Of a stretch of 44,317 bases of DNA, positions 1 through 8,561 are shown in pieces. Position 1 is the stretch's first letter; every line of letters begins with the position of its first letter. The stretch is from positions 1-44,317 of IMG/VR virus record IMGVR_UViG_3300036376_000012. One strand, written 5' to 3'. Source of the stretch: a virus (lineage: Duplodnaviria; Caudoviricetes). The notes beneath the pieces were generated by a model. The model searched no databases and had not been told where the DNA came from. It worked only from the letters and a program-made list of their open reading frames with translations. Position numbers and translations under genes: made by a program.

Positions 1-2
1 TC

Positions 3-71
3 AACATGACCACATCGAGCGAGACCACGGTGATCGTGCAGGGTCCGATAACCTCGGTCCCCGTACAGTAA
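3..71 (+). CDS. 3' end of a probable host gene (partial)
   Basis: Open frame NMTTSSETTVIVQGPITSVPVQ* from the window edge to TAA at 69-71, followed by a strong terminator. Confidence 0.4.
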   Translation, partial: NMTTSSETTVIVQGPITSVPVQ

Positions 72-103
72 CGGCATAACGCCCACTCGCGGCGTCGTGG
101 AAT

Positions 104-147
104 CGGGCAGCACGCACCCCTGAGAGGGACGTGCTGCCCGTCCTTTT
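104..147 (+). terminator. Rho-independent terminator (host side)
   Basis: 11-bp stem CGGGCAGCACG (104-114) / CGTGCTGCCCG (130-140) followed by TCCTTTT. Confidence 0.7.
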
Positions 148-828
148 GTCTCGGCGGGCGATCGCTGCCGGCCCGTGACGCCCGCTCCCGAAGAGGGCAC
201 GGAACAACCATCGGGCCGGCCGCGCGGCGCCTCGATCGCGGGCGACAGCGAAGGCTCGGGACGGCGCGGCACATGGCCATGCAAACGCGCCCCATTGATG
301 ATGCGCTCGCCGTCGCAGGGCGATGGATGCTGGACGGCTTGTCTGGCGGTTGCCGCGCCGGCTCATCGCGGGCCGAGATGCGCTCAGCCCCCGGCGAGTT
401 GCGAACATGGCCCGCTTCACGCCAAAGATGGGCCTGTTGGCGACGTCGCCAACACCCAGCCAAGACACGCCGGATGGCTGGAGGTCGCGCATCGCCCGTT
501 TCGAGATCTCCACGAGGCTTTCGACCTTGTGGCGCGGGACTGCCTCATGGCCCAGTTTCCCATTTGCCCCGCTGTCCCCGACAGGGCGGCGAAATCGACA
601 TTGTGGGTCGTGTCGGGCGCCCAAGGACCAATGGTTTCGGGTCTGGATCGCAAGGCCGACGGTGCGCCACGGCCACGTGATCCGCGCGGGGGGCCGACAC
701 GCGTCAAGGACGCCGCGCCGACCGTCGACATTTGGCCCTCGGCGCGGCTTATGGCCTGCTGACACGGTCTGCGCCGGCCATATCCTGCGGCGCGCCAGCG
801 ACATCCCATCACATGTAAACCGACAAAA

Positions 829-845
829 TGGTCGGGGAGACAGGA
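829..845 (-). repeat. att core: duplicated tRNA 3' end (probably tRNA-Pro)
   Basis: Minus strand reads TCCTGTCTCCCCGACCA, i.e. T-stem 3' side, acceptor stem and CCA of a tRNA; lies 94 bp beyond the alpA stop. The partner copy is not in the window. Confidence 0.75.
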
Positions 846-905
846 GCCGATTTTCGGCAGCTACAGCGATGATAAACATGGATTTCGTCTCGATCGGTTT
901 TTGGT

Positions 906-925
906 GATGACCCTTAGGATGCCCC
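906..925. repeat. Integrase arm-type direct repeats at the left junction
   Basis: GATGACCC (906-913) and GATGCCCC (918-925) with a 12-bp period; related ATGACCCC at 44297-44304 just upstream of integrase 2. Confidence 0.55.
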
Positions 926-938
926 TTTTCGGCGCGGG

Positions 939-1202
939 TTAGCCGGACGGCGCGAGCTGCTGCGCGATCCATTGCTCGACTTCCGATTCGAGCCACACGA
1001 CGCGCGCCGTGCCCTTCAGCCTGAAATTGTCGGGAAAGGTCTTGCCGCGCTGGCGGTAGATGCTCGACGTGCTCAGCGACGTCTTTCGTTTCACTTCATC
1101 AATGCCGATCAGGCGATCGCCTGATCGGATCTGCGCATGCGTGTCCATCATCATCGGACTCTTTCGTTCTGGCGCTCTTGGGGGAGGGAGACGGGCCATC
1201 AT
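939..1202 (-). CDS. alpA: AlpA-family HTH, probable excisionase / recombination directionality factor
   Basis: RLIGIDEVKRKTSLSTSSIYR...FPDNFRL...RVVWLESEVEQWI motif; next to att; ATGA overlap with the parB stop and GAGGAG RBS (alternative starts 1148-1154). Confidence 0.85.
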   Translation of the reverse strand: MMARLPPPRAPERKSPMMMDTHAQIRSGDRLIGIDEVKRKTSLSTSSIYRQRGKTFPDNFRLKGTARVVWLESEVEQWIAQQLAPSG

Positions 1203-3295
1203 GCCCGCTCCTCGATAGGCTGCGCTTCGGGCGTGCTCGCGGCGGGCGGCGCGGTTTCGCTGCGCGACTGGAAGCGCAGCAGCGGGTGGACCCAGCTTCG
1301 GGCGCGCTTGAGCGCGCGCGTGGCGGGGCCGACGAGCTCGCGCAGCTTGAGGGTCTTCCAGGTCCGGAACGCCATGTCGTCGACGAACGGCTCGGCCTGG
1401 GCGAGCATCTCGGCCTTGGGCATCAGCGCGACGAGCTCCTCGGTGGGCTCGACCAGCGCCGCCAGGTTCACGCCCGCGGTGCCGCCCGCCATCTGCGCCA
1501 GGAAATCGTGGAGCGGGACGCGGTAGCCCTCGGCATTGGCGGACCGCTCGAGCGCGATGCCGGCGGCGATCGCGCCGGCGCGGCGGCGCGTGTCTTCGTC
1601 GGCGAAGAGGAAGTGCTCGAACGCTTTCACCGGGTCTGGCTCGGCGATGCACGGATGCGCCGCCAGCTCCTGTCGCGCCGCCGCCCAACGCGCGTGCGCG
1701 GCGGTCCGCTCAACGTGATCGCTCGCCTGAGACGGACCGGGATCGTCATCGCGGCGCAGGCCGCGCACGCCGATCGGGCTGCGCACGGCATAGCGAGCCA
1801 GATCCTCGCGCACGATGCTCCAGATCATCAGGCGCGTGCCGAGCTGGCCCGCCGCCTCGGCATCCTCGAGCAACAGCGCGCGCAGCATCTCGCGCCGGAG
1901 CGAGCGCAATATCTGCACGGCATCGGCGGTGAGGCCCTGCTCGCGCTTGAGCGCGGCGTCGGCCGACTGGCGATAGCCGTAGCCGGCCACCTGCCCGATG
2001 GCCGCTCCTTCGGGGATGCGCGCGTTGGCAAGCCGGCCCGCCGCGCTCGCCGCATCGGGCTGTGCGGCGGGCGCGGCCTTGCGGTTACCGGCGGCTTGCT
2101 TCTTGTCCTTGTGGCTCGCCCACCAGAAGCGGATGTCGACGCTTCCGTCCTCCTCGATCTCGAGTGTGACGACGACGGCGCCGTCGGGGAGGATCAGCCG
2201 TCGGCGATCCTCGATCGCCCGCAGCTGCGCTTCGGCGGGCAGGTAGACGTCATCGATGGCGGCGATCGCCGTCTTGCGCTCGTCGGTCTCGGGTGTCTCG
2301 AGCAGCTGCTCGGCCTGCGCCTCCAGCTCGTCCATCTGTGCGCGCAGCCGCTCGGCCGCGCGCGCGTCGGCCTCGGACCGCCACTCGTAAGCCGGGTCGA
2401 TCCAGAGATCGAGCGGATGCGACAGCGCGGCGTTGACCTCGAAGCGCAGATCGCGCGCGGCCTGGCGGCGGAGGCGCGCGCGGACCTGTTCGAGCTTGTC
2501 GTCGGCCAGGCGCGCGAGCAGGCCTTCGTCGGTGACGCGGCCGCGCTCCTCGGCATCCTCGGCGAACAGGTCGAGCTCGTAGCGGCCGCCGGCCTGCCGA
2601 TAGGCCTCCTCGCCCACGAAGCGGAGCCGCAGCATGGTCTCCGCGTCGCCGATCTTGAGCATCTTGCGGATGACGGAGGCGGAGTTTGGCGCCGACCGGA
2701 GATAGGGCGACTGGCGCATGAAGCCCCGGAAGGCGACCAGCTGCAGCTCGCGATCGTCGGTGGCGCCGAAGGCGCGCGCATGATCCAGGGTGATGTCCCC
2801 GCGCTCGAGCGCGGCGAAGACGTCGGGATGCAAGCTGCCGAGCCGCTGCCAGCGCCGCACCGTCTCCAGGGTCTGGCCGTTGGTGTCGGCGATCTCCTGA
2901 AGCGAGCGACCGCGCGTAAAAGCCCGGTGCACCGCGGCACAGACCTCATAGGGGCGCAGATCGACGCGGACGAGGTTCTCGGCCAGCGAGAGGTCGATCA
3001 GCTCGCCCTCGTCGACGCCCTCGCGCACGATGACCTCGATCGGGTGGTCGGCCGGCAACCGGCCCTCGTCGACGAGCTGGCGGAAGGCGCGGTATCGGCG
3101 GCCGCCAGCGAGCGCGCCGTACATTTGCGGCTCGCCCTTCCGGCGCTTCATCGGGTGGACGACGAGCGGGTAGAGCTGCCCGCGCGCCATGAGCGATTCG
3201 GCCATGCCGTCGACGGCGTTGGCGTCGGCCTGGTTGGTGCGCGCGTTATAGGGCGAGACGCAAAGCTCGCCGATCGTCAGCGTCTTGAGTGACAT
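1199..3295 (-). CDS. Large ParB/RepB/Spo0J-family protein
   Basis: N-terminal ParB domain (SPYNART, ALAGGRRYRAF, LSLAENLVRVDL) followed by an HTH; GGAG RBS before ATG 3295; in-frame upstream ATG at 3433; no parA in the window. Confidence 0.85.
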   Translation of the reverse strand: MSLKTLTIGELCVSPYNARTNQADANAVDGMAESLMARGQLYPLVVHPMKRRKGEPQMYGALAGGRRYRAFRQLVDEGRLPADHPIEVIVREGVDEGELIDLSLAENLVRVDLRPYEVCAAVHRAFTRGRSLQEIADTNGQTLETVRRWQRLGSLHPDVFAALERGDITLDHARAFGATDDRELQLVAFRGFMRQSPYLRSAPNSASVIRKMLKIGDAETMLRLRFVGEEAYRQAGGRYELDLFAEDAEERGRVTDEGLLARLADDKLEQVRARLRRQAARDLRFEVNAALSHPLDLWIDPAYEWRSEADARAAERLRAQMDELEAQAEQLLETPETDERKTAIAAIDDVYLPAEAQLRAIEDRRRLILPDGAVVVTLEIEEDGSVDIRFWWASHKDKKQAAGNRKAAPAAQPDAASAAGRLANARIPEGAAIGQVAGYGYRQSADAALKREQGLTADAVQILRSLRREMLRALLLEDAEAAGQLGTRLMIWSIVREDLARYAVRSPIGVRGLRRDDDPGPSQASDHVERTAAHARWAAARQELAAHPCIAEPDPVKAFEHFLFADEDTRRRAGAIAAGIALERSANAEGYRVPLHDFLAQMAGGTAGVNLAALVEPTEELVALMPKAEMLAQAEPFVDDMAFRTWKTLKLRELVGPATRALKRARSWVHPLLRFQSRSETAPPAASTPEAQPIEERA

Positions 3296-3429
3296 GAGGG
3301 TGTCTCCCGAAGTTGGCGGGGGGGGGGCGGCGTCGGCCGACGCCGCGGCGATCGGAAGGGCAAGCTGCCGCCCTTCCAGCGGGTAGAGACGGTCGAGCGC
3401 GTCGCAGACGAGGCAGGCGCACAAGCCGG

Positions 3430-3687
3430 TCATGGACGCCGCCTGCTTTTACAGGACTCGAAGTCGCGGGCGTGGCGCGGGCACAGATCCTTGTCGGGCG
3501 CCGGGCTCGTCGTGCAGCGCGCGCAAATCGGCGCGTCGCAGGTCGGGCTCTTGCGGATGCGGTTGGGCACCTTCCAGTCGCAGAGCAGCGTCCCCGGCCG
3601 ACCGCAGCCGCAGCGGCCGATCGAGCGGCGCGCGCCGTAGACTATGGCGGCCGTGCCGTTCGGGAGGACGATGCGCTCGCAGGTCAT
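3430..3687 (-). CDS. Cys-rich (Zn-finger-like) phage protein
   Basis: CGC...LCDW...TCDAPICARC...DLCPRH; ATGA overlaps on both sides. Confidence 0.7.
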   Translation of the reverse strand: MTCERIVLPNGTAAIVYGARRSIGRCGCGRPGTLLCDWKVPNRIRKSPTCDAPICARCTTSPAPDKDLCPRHARDFESCKSRRRP

Positions 3688-3986
3688 CCCGCCCATCCTG
3701 AAATGAAGGCGGTCACTGCTTGCTTCAGCTTGCGGAACCACTCGACTTCTTCCCAGTCGAGGTAGCCCGACTGCTCGGGGTCACCCTCGATCTCCATAGC
3801 GAGGTTGAGCGCCTCGGCGAGCTTGCCGACGACTTCCTCCGCAAAAGCCGATCGCTCGCTAAACGCACCCTCGCGGTGGAAGCGGAGCAGCTCGGCCACA
3901 GCCTCGGTGGCCTGCTGCGCTGCGACGATCGCGGCCTCTTCAATGGTGAAGGCCTGATCGGCGAGCGGCGTCAGAGGCGTCCTCAC
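3684..3986 (-). CDS. Hypothetical protein
   Basis: 100-aa helical ORF translationally coupled to both neighbours. Confidence 0.65.
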   Translation of the reverse strand: MRTPLTPLADQAFTIEEAAIVAAQQATEAVAELLRFHREGAFSERSAFAEEVVGKLAEALNLAMEIEGDPEQSGYLDWEEVEWFRKLKQAVTAFISGWAG

Positions 3987-4492
3987 AGCCCCGCCTCCTC
4001 TGGGGTGGGCCAGTTCCAGAAGCCTTGGCGCCCGCTCATGGGGATGGGTTCGGGCCAGACTTCGATATCGGTGAGGGGCCAGCCCCAGCGAACGTGTTCG
4101 TCACGGTCGCTGTCGTTGGCGCGGGAGACGCCGAACTCGGCCGCGATCAGGGTGCCGAGGCGGGGCTCGCCGAGGATGGCAGTGCCGAGGCCAGCGGCGA
4201 GCGGCAGGGGGTCGCGATCAGCCATCCATGCCCGCAAGAGCACGGGGATCGCCTTTTCAGGGATGAGGCAGGTTTCGGCTGCGAGCGTGCGCAGCTCTTC
4301 GTCGAACTCCCGCCCCGCCAGGATGTTGTGATAGGCGGCAGCGTCAACTCGATCAATCGGGCGGGTGGCGGCGTGAATGACTATGCGCTGGCCGATGAGC
4401 GAGCGCGGGGGTCGCCAGCTGCGGAACTCGTAGGGCTTGGCACCCGCCATGATCAGGCTTGCCCAAGGCTGCCAGACGGTGAGGGCCTTCAC
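3983..4492 (-). CDS. ASCH-domain protein
   Basis: KALTVWQPWASLIMAGAKPYEFRSW...IVIHAA and C-terminal PIPMSGRQGFWNW signature; GTG start after GGAGG. Confidence 0.85.
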   Translation of the reverse strand: MKALTVWQPWASLIMAGAKPYEFRSWRPPRSLIGQRIVIHAATRPIDRVDAAAYHNILAGREFDEELRTLAAETCLIPEKAIPVLLRAWMADRDPLPLAAGLGTAILGEPRLGTLIAAEFGVSRANDSDRDEHVRWGWPLTDIEVWPEPIPMSGRQGFWNWPTPEEAGL

Positions 4493-4647
4493 GCCCCGCC
4501 TCCCGCCATCGCGACGAAGGCGAGGAAGAACCAGAGGGCGGTGCCGAGCGCGGCGGCGGTGAGGCCGATCAGGGCGCCGTCGCGCAGCACCAGCCGGAGC
4601 GGTCGCGCGGCGTTGGGCGAGCGCGGCTTGTCGGGCGCGCCATTCAT
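4489..4647 (-). CDS. Small single-pass membrane protein (52 aa; below the ORF-track cutoff)
   Basis: My translation MNGAPDKPRSPNAARPLRLVLRDGALIGLTAAALGTALWFFLAFVAMAGGGA*; fills the gap with 4-bp overlaps at both ends. Confidence 0.65.
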   Translation of the reverse strand: MNGAPDKPRSPNAARPLRLVLRDGALIGLTAAALGTALWFFLAFVAMAGGGA

Positions 4648-5225
4648 GCCCGCGAGCCTTTCCGCTTGCGCGGCGGGCGATCGGGGTCGGCAGCGGCCGA
4701 CCCATCTTTGCGGAGCCGCAGGCGATCGACGATGACCGCGACGGCGCGCAGCGCCTTCTCCCTCGCGCCCGCCTCGATGTCGGGCAGATCATCGTCGTTC
4801 AGGATCGACGTCGGACGTTCGCGAATTCGGGCAACGATTTCGCGCACATGGTCGAGCATCGCCTGCTCAACGACGCCAGCCGCGAAGGCGCGATCGTTGA
4901 AGTTAAGAGCCTCGGGGTCACGCCGGGGCGCGGGAGGCGGCGGTGGCGCGGCGGACGCCTGACGCGGGTCAGCGGCCGTGCTCGGCAGGCGTTGCTCCTC
5001 GTCGCGGCTCGACAGCCAGACGAACAGGCTGTCGCAGCACGATGTGCAGAGATCGGCAGGCGGGGCGCCGGCCACGCCGATCGAGCGAGCGGCCGCGCCG
5101 GGCCTGATCGGCGGGGCGGCCGCGCGGATCGAGCCCCAGTCGAGCGATGCCGACGCGCCGGCCTGGCGCTCGGCCTTGGCGCCGCAGCGGTCGCATTCGA
5201 AAACCTCGAAGGTCGAGACGCTCAT
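4644..5225 (-). CDS. Hypothetical protein with split Zn ribbon
   Basis: FECDRCG...DLCTSCC pairs; coupled in the operon. Confidence 0.7.
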   Translation of the reverse strand: MSVSTFEVFECDRCGAKAERQAGASASLDWGSIRAAAPPIRPGAAARSIGVAGAPPADLCTSCCDSLFVWLSSRDEEQRLPSTAADPRQASAAPPPPPAPRRDPEALNFNDRAFAAGVVEQAMLDHVREIVARIRERPTSILNDDDLPDIEAGAREKALRAVAVIVDRLRLRKDGSAAADPDRPPRKRKGSRA

Positions 5226-5536
5226 GGCCGCTCATTCAGCTGGCGGTCGATCGACTGCAGATCGCCGATCAGGCGCTTGAGGCCCCGGCGCGAGAGCAGG
5301 GTCGCGATGACCTCGCCCGTGGGCGCGGCGGCATTGCCGCCGTGCAGGCACAGGACGACGCCGCCGAGCTCGGCCGCGGGCGCCCAGCCCATGGCGAGGC
5401 CGTCGCAGATCGGCAGCATCGTGTAGTGCCCCGGCGCGAAGGCGTTGGGGAACCAGGCGGCGCGATCGCCGGCGAGCATCAGCGGATGCGGAAAGGGCGG
5501 GCAGTCCGCCGGCGCGAGCCCCAGAACCTCGCCCAT
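5222..5536 (-). CDS. Hypothetical protein
   Basis: 104 aa; TGATG and ATGA overlaps with neighbours. Confidence 0.6.
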   Translation of the reverse strand: MGEVLGLAPADCPPFPHPLMLAGDRAAWFPNAFAPGHYTMLPICDGLAMGWAPAAELGGVVLCLHGGNAAAPTGEVIATLLSRRGLKRLIGDLQSIDRQLNERP

Positions 5537-5778
5537 CAGTCGAGCCCCAAGGCGGCTTTGTACGTCTCGAGCAGCGCCTCGGCTTCCTGCCGGACATGCT
5601 TTTCGAGCCGGCGCAGGCGCACGATCTGACGGATCGTCTTGACGTCGTAGCCGGTGCCCTTGGCTTCGGCGTAGACGTCCTTGATGTCGTCGCCGAGGCC
5701 CTTCTTCTCCTCCTCGAGCCGCTCGATGCGCTCGATCAGGAGGCGCAGCTGGTCGGCCGCGACGATGTCCTTGCCCAT
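5536..5778 (-). CDS. gapR: GapR (DUF2312) nucleoid-associated protein homolog
   Basis: [50 protein letters not shown]...[10 protein letters not shown] is the canonical DUF2312 pattern. Confidence 0.92.
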   Translation of the reverse strand: MGKDIVAADQLRLLIERIERLEEEKKGLGDDIKDVYAEAKGTGYDVKTIRQIVRLRRLEKHVRQEAEALLETYKAALGLD

Positions 5779-5779
5779 G

Positions 5780-6019
5780 TCAGGATACTCCGAAGATGCT
5801 GAGCACGCCGGGGCCCTGGACCAGGCGGTCGATGATGAAGGCGAGGCCGAGGCCGAGCGCGAGGCCGACGAAGGTGAGCCGCGCCCAGCGATTGGCGAGG
5901 CGCATCGCGCGGACCGCGTCGGGGGTGAGCGCGGGCGGGGTGCAGCGCGGGCAGCGGCAGCTCTGCGGGTGGATGGCCTGGCGGTGCGTCACCGCGGGGC
6001 GTCGATCGCGGCCGATCAT
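5780..6019 (-). CDS. Small membrane protein with CxCxxC motif
   Basis: [10 protein letters not shown] followed by the hydrophobic segment [16 protein letters not shown]; GGAGG RBS. Confidence 0.65.
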   Translation of the reverse strand: MIGRDRRPAVTHRQAIHPQSCRCPRCTPPALTPDAVRAMRLANRWARLTFVGLALGLGLAFIIDRLVQGPGVLSIFGVS

Positions 6020-6348
6020 GCCGCACCTCCTTCCATCAATCTGGCAATTCGAAGCAGCGTTCGCTGATCGGCGAGCGAGAGGTTTGCGAAGCGCACCGCC
6101 ATCTCGCGCTGGTGGGGGGACAGGATTGGGGGCTGCGGCGCATCGCTCCCCGGGTCATCGGTCTCGCCGGTCAGGTAAGCCGGAGTCGTGCGCAGCTCCC
6201 GGGCGATGAGATGCAGCTTGGTGCTCGCCCGCTGCCCACCTTTGACCATGCCGTTGATCGTGCTCTGGTCGAGACCAACCCGCCTCGCGAGTTCGGCCTG
6301 CGACAGGCACCGAGACGCGAGCAAATCCCGAAGGCGTTCAGCGATCAT
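6016..6348 (-). CDS. XRE-family HTH regulator, paralog of the CI repressor
   Basis: LSQAELARRVG...STKLHLIAREL.TTPAYL.GETDDP shared with 8024-8416; ATGA-coupled start at 6348. Confidence 0.85.
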   Translation of the reverse strand: MIAERLRDLLASRCLSQAELARRVGLDQSTINGMVKGGQRASTKLHLIARELRTTPAYLTGETDDPGSDAPQPPILSPHQREMAVRFANLSLADQRTLLRIARLMEGGAA

Positions 6349-6761
6349 GCCGCGACACTCCGGGCGATCTCGCGCGCGTCGCCCGCCGCGCAGGCGGTGC
6401 AGAGCGTCGCGCTGTGCCAGTCGCAGGTGTCGCAGACGCCCGTCGCATCCTCGATCACGCACGGGTCGAACTCGCTGCAGGCGCAGACCGCGCACAGGCG
6501 GAGCGGCGCGCCGGCGGCGACGCCGTAGCTGCGCAGGTCGGCGAGCTGGCGGAGCACCGGCAGCGAGAAGGGGAAGGCGGCGAGCAGCGCGTGCTGGACG
6601 TCATGGCCGATCGCGGCGACGTCGGCCTCGATCCGCTCGATCCAGGCGCGGCGGTCGATCTCACCGAGATGCGGCACGGTGTCGACGGCCGCGGCGACGT
6701 CGTCGACCGAGAGGCCGGCCGCGCGGCGTCGCGCGGCGAGATATTGACCGGGGGTGAGCAT
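6345..6761 (-). CDS. HTH protein with C-terminal Cys-rich domain
   Basis: TPGQYLAARRRAAGLSVDDVA XRE-like start; CAVCACSEFDPC...CDTCDW...LCTAC. Confidence 0.75.
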   Translation of the reverse strand: MLTPGQYLAARRRAAGLSVDDVAAAVDTVPHLGEIDRRAWIERIEADVAAIGHDVQHALLAAFPFSLPVLRQLADLRSYGVAAGAPLRLCAVCACSEFDPCVIEDATGVCDTCDWHSATLCTACAAGDAREIARSVAA

Positions 6762-6866
6762 GTTCGGGCACCTTTCGAGGGTCGAGCGGCAACAGAAAGG
6801 CCGTCCCGGCAGCGCTGTGCGCGCGGGCGGCGGCGGTTCGGCAAGCGGGCGGACGGCGCGGCGCGC

Positions 6867-7355
6867 TCAGGGCGGGGCGCGGCTGTGCGGTTCGGGCACG
6901 ATCAGGAAGTGCTCAAGCGAGAGCAGGCAGCCCTGCAGCACCTCGATCGCCTCGCGCAGCTCGCGCTGGGCGATGCGCCGATCGTTGTCGGTGGCGTCGG
7001 GCAGCGCGACGCGCATGAGCGCGGACTGCGCCTGCGCGGTCTCGGTCGCGACGACGACGGCGCGGCGGAGGATCTCGAACTGGTCGGCGAAGCTCGCGGC
7101 GACCGACGCCTTGATGAGATAGCCATAGGCCTCGTAGATCGGCTGACCCGATCCGCCATGCTGCTGGAAGAGGATATCGAGGGCGATGGCGGCGGGGATG
7201 TTGACGCGCTCGTCGGCATCCTCATCCCCCCATTTGCGCACGGTGCGCTCGGCGTAGCCGACGGTGCGCGCCATCTGCGCCCAGCTGCCGGGCACCTGGC
7301 CGGCGATGCGGGCGAGCGCGCTATCGACGCTCAAGGGGCGGCGCTCCTTGGTCAT
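6867..7355 (-). CDS. CII-like phage regulatory protein
   Basis: HTH-like WAQMARTVGYAERTVRKWGDED, helical C-terminus, position downstream of cro. Confidence 0.6.
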   Translation of the reverse strand: MTKERRPLSVDSALARIAGQVPGSWAQMARTVGYAERTVRKWGDEDADERVNIPAAIALDILFQQHGGSGQPIYEAYGYLIKASVAASFADQFEILRRAVVVATETAQAQSALMRVALPDATDNDRRIAQRELREAIEVLQGCLLSLEHFLIVPEPHSRAPP

Positions 7356-7660
7356 GACGCCGCGCCCATGCCGCGTACAGGCGCCGCGTCCGGCCGATCC
7401 GGCGATGCAGGCCGGAGGAGGCCGGACGCGGGCAGATCGCGGGCCCGGCCAGGCACGCGGCGATCCGGGGCGGCCTGCGCGCCCCAAGGTGATGCGCCAG
7501 CCCCGGTTGAGAGCTGTCGGGGCTGGCGCTGCCCGGCGGGAGTGCCCGGGCTTGAACGAAACGATCCGAAACGAGACGCTGCACTGCGCGTCGGCTTTTG
7601 CCGCCGACGCGGAAAGCCGTGCGGGCTAGCCGACAGCCATGATGACCGCGCCGCACTCAT
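7352..7660 (-). CDS. Possible low-complexity hypothetical protein
   Basis: Exactly bridges cro and cII-like with ATGA overlaps at both ends; composition is uninformative. Confidence 0.35.
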   Translation of the reverse strand: MSAARSSWLSASPHGFPRRRQKPTRSAASRFGSFRSSPGTPAGQRQPRQLSTGAGASPWGAQAAPDRRVPGRARDLPASGLLRPASPDRPDAAPVRGMGAAS

Positions 7661-7935
7661 GGCCGCACGTCGAGATGGTCGGCCGAGTCGGCGGCGAGGG
7701 CGACAGGCGCGAGATCGCGCGGATAGATGTCCGGACGCAGATCATGCCGCGAGATGCCGGTGGCGGCCTCGACGGTCAGGACGTGCTCGGCGGGAAGGGG
7801 TTTAGCTTTGTGAAGCCAATACCAAACGGACGGCTGAGCAATACCCAAAAGACGCGCCATGCTCCCCTGCCCCCCAACAATCTTCACCGCCTCATGCAGC
7901 CAAGCGAGCGGTGACAAGGGAGATTGATGACTCAT
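7657..7935 (-). CDS. cro: Cro-like repressor (YdaS family)
   Basis: AVKIVGGQGSMARLLGIAQPSVWYWL...LPAEHVLTVEAATGISRHDLRPDIYP; divergent from cI. Confidence 0.85.
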   Translation of the reverse strand: MSHQSPLSPLAWLHEAVKIVGGQGSMARLLGIAQPSVWYWLHKAKPLPAEHVLTVEAATGISRHDLRPDIYPRDLAPVALAADSADHLDVRP

Positions 7936-8023
7936 GCAAAGCCCGCCAATAGACGCTGATATTAACTGGTCTATATCACAATCATTATCGCTTGCAATAG
8001 ATAAAAATATCATAAGCGCGGCC
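7936..8023. promoter_or_regulatory. cI/cro divergent promoter-operator region
   Basis: AT-rich; CAATAGA-N5-ATAT occurs twice (7947-7962, 7995-8010) plus ATTA-N6-CTAT (7961-7974), consistent with an ATAG-N6-CTAT operator consensus. Confidence 0.65.
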
Positions 8024-8416
8024 ATGGTTCTCGGGGGACGCATCTTAGAGCGAATGGAGATGCTAAAGCTCTCTCAGGCGGAGCTGGCCAGGCGTGTGGG
8101 GATGAAGCAACCCAGCATTTTCAACCTGATACATCGATCGAAGAAGGGCTCTACGAAGCTCCACCTCATCGCCAGGGAGCTGGAAACGACGCCAGCCTAC
8201 CTTATGGGGGAAACAGACGACCCCTATGCAGACGCTCCTGCTCCTGTCCGGCTAGACTCGGAGGAGCGGCAGCTTCTCGACGCCTTCCGCCGACTCAAGG
8301 ACATGGATCGCCGGTCTTGCCTTTACATCGTGAAGGAGCTGTCTGATCGCATTCCGAAGACGGTCCTGCTGCACGACGAGGCGCGGCCCTATGAACCGGA
8401 AGGCAGGCGCGGATAA
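8024..8416 (+). CDS. cI: CI-like immunity repressor (XRE HTH, no S24 peptidase domain)
   Basis: XRE HTH divergent from cro; QPS recognition helix shared with Cro; only 130 aa. Confidence 0.8.
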   Translation: MVLGGRILERMEMLKLSQAELARRVGMKQPSIFNLIHRSKKGSTKLHLIARELETTPAYLMGETDDPYADAPAPVRLDSEERQLLDAFRRLKDMDRRSCLYIVKELSDRIPKTVLLHDEARPYEPEGRRG

Positions 8417-8546
8417 ACGCGATCATCGCGAACCGAAGAAATATGATTCCGCGAGCGCGGAACGGAAGTTCTAGCGCACCTTCGGGCGGCCAATTTGTTC
8501 ACTCAAGCCGTCGCCAAGTTGATGCAGTCTATCGCTTTTTTCAGAC

Positions 8547-8561
8547 ATTCGCCATATGTTC
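8547..8561 (+). promoter_or_regulatory. Candidate alphaproteobacterial SOS box
   Basis: ATTC-gccatat-GTTC, one mismatch to GTTC-N7-GTTC, overlapping the start of the LexA-like gene. Confidence 0.45.

Noticed and set aside
150-820. Overlapping ORFs left of att (1..996 -, 175..762 +, 323..907 +); a minus-strand stretch near 380-560 looks weakly coding
   Set aside because: No RBS/start logic or recognisable family, and two of the ORFs cross the att junction; at most a decayed gene remnant that I cannot identify
829-845. tRNA gene
   Set aside because: Only the 17-nt 3' end is present; it is an att duplication, not a full tRNA
1178-3292. 704-aa plus-strand ORF and similar long antisense ORFs (e.g. 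15610..17124, 24950..26449, 26194..28557, 29156..30880)
   Set aside because: Shadow frames of high-GC genes on the opposite strand
6762-6866. Minus-strand GCCGTCC...GGACGGC-CTTTCTGTT pairing between cII-like and the next gene
   Set aside because: Short stem with a very long loop in GC-rich DNA; may be an attenuator but support is too weak
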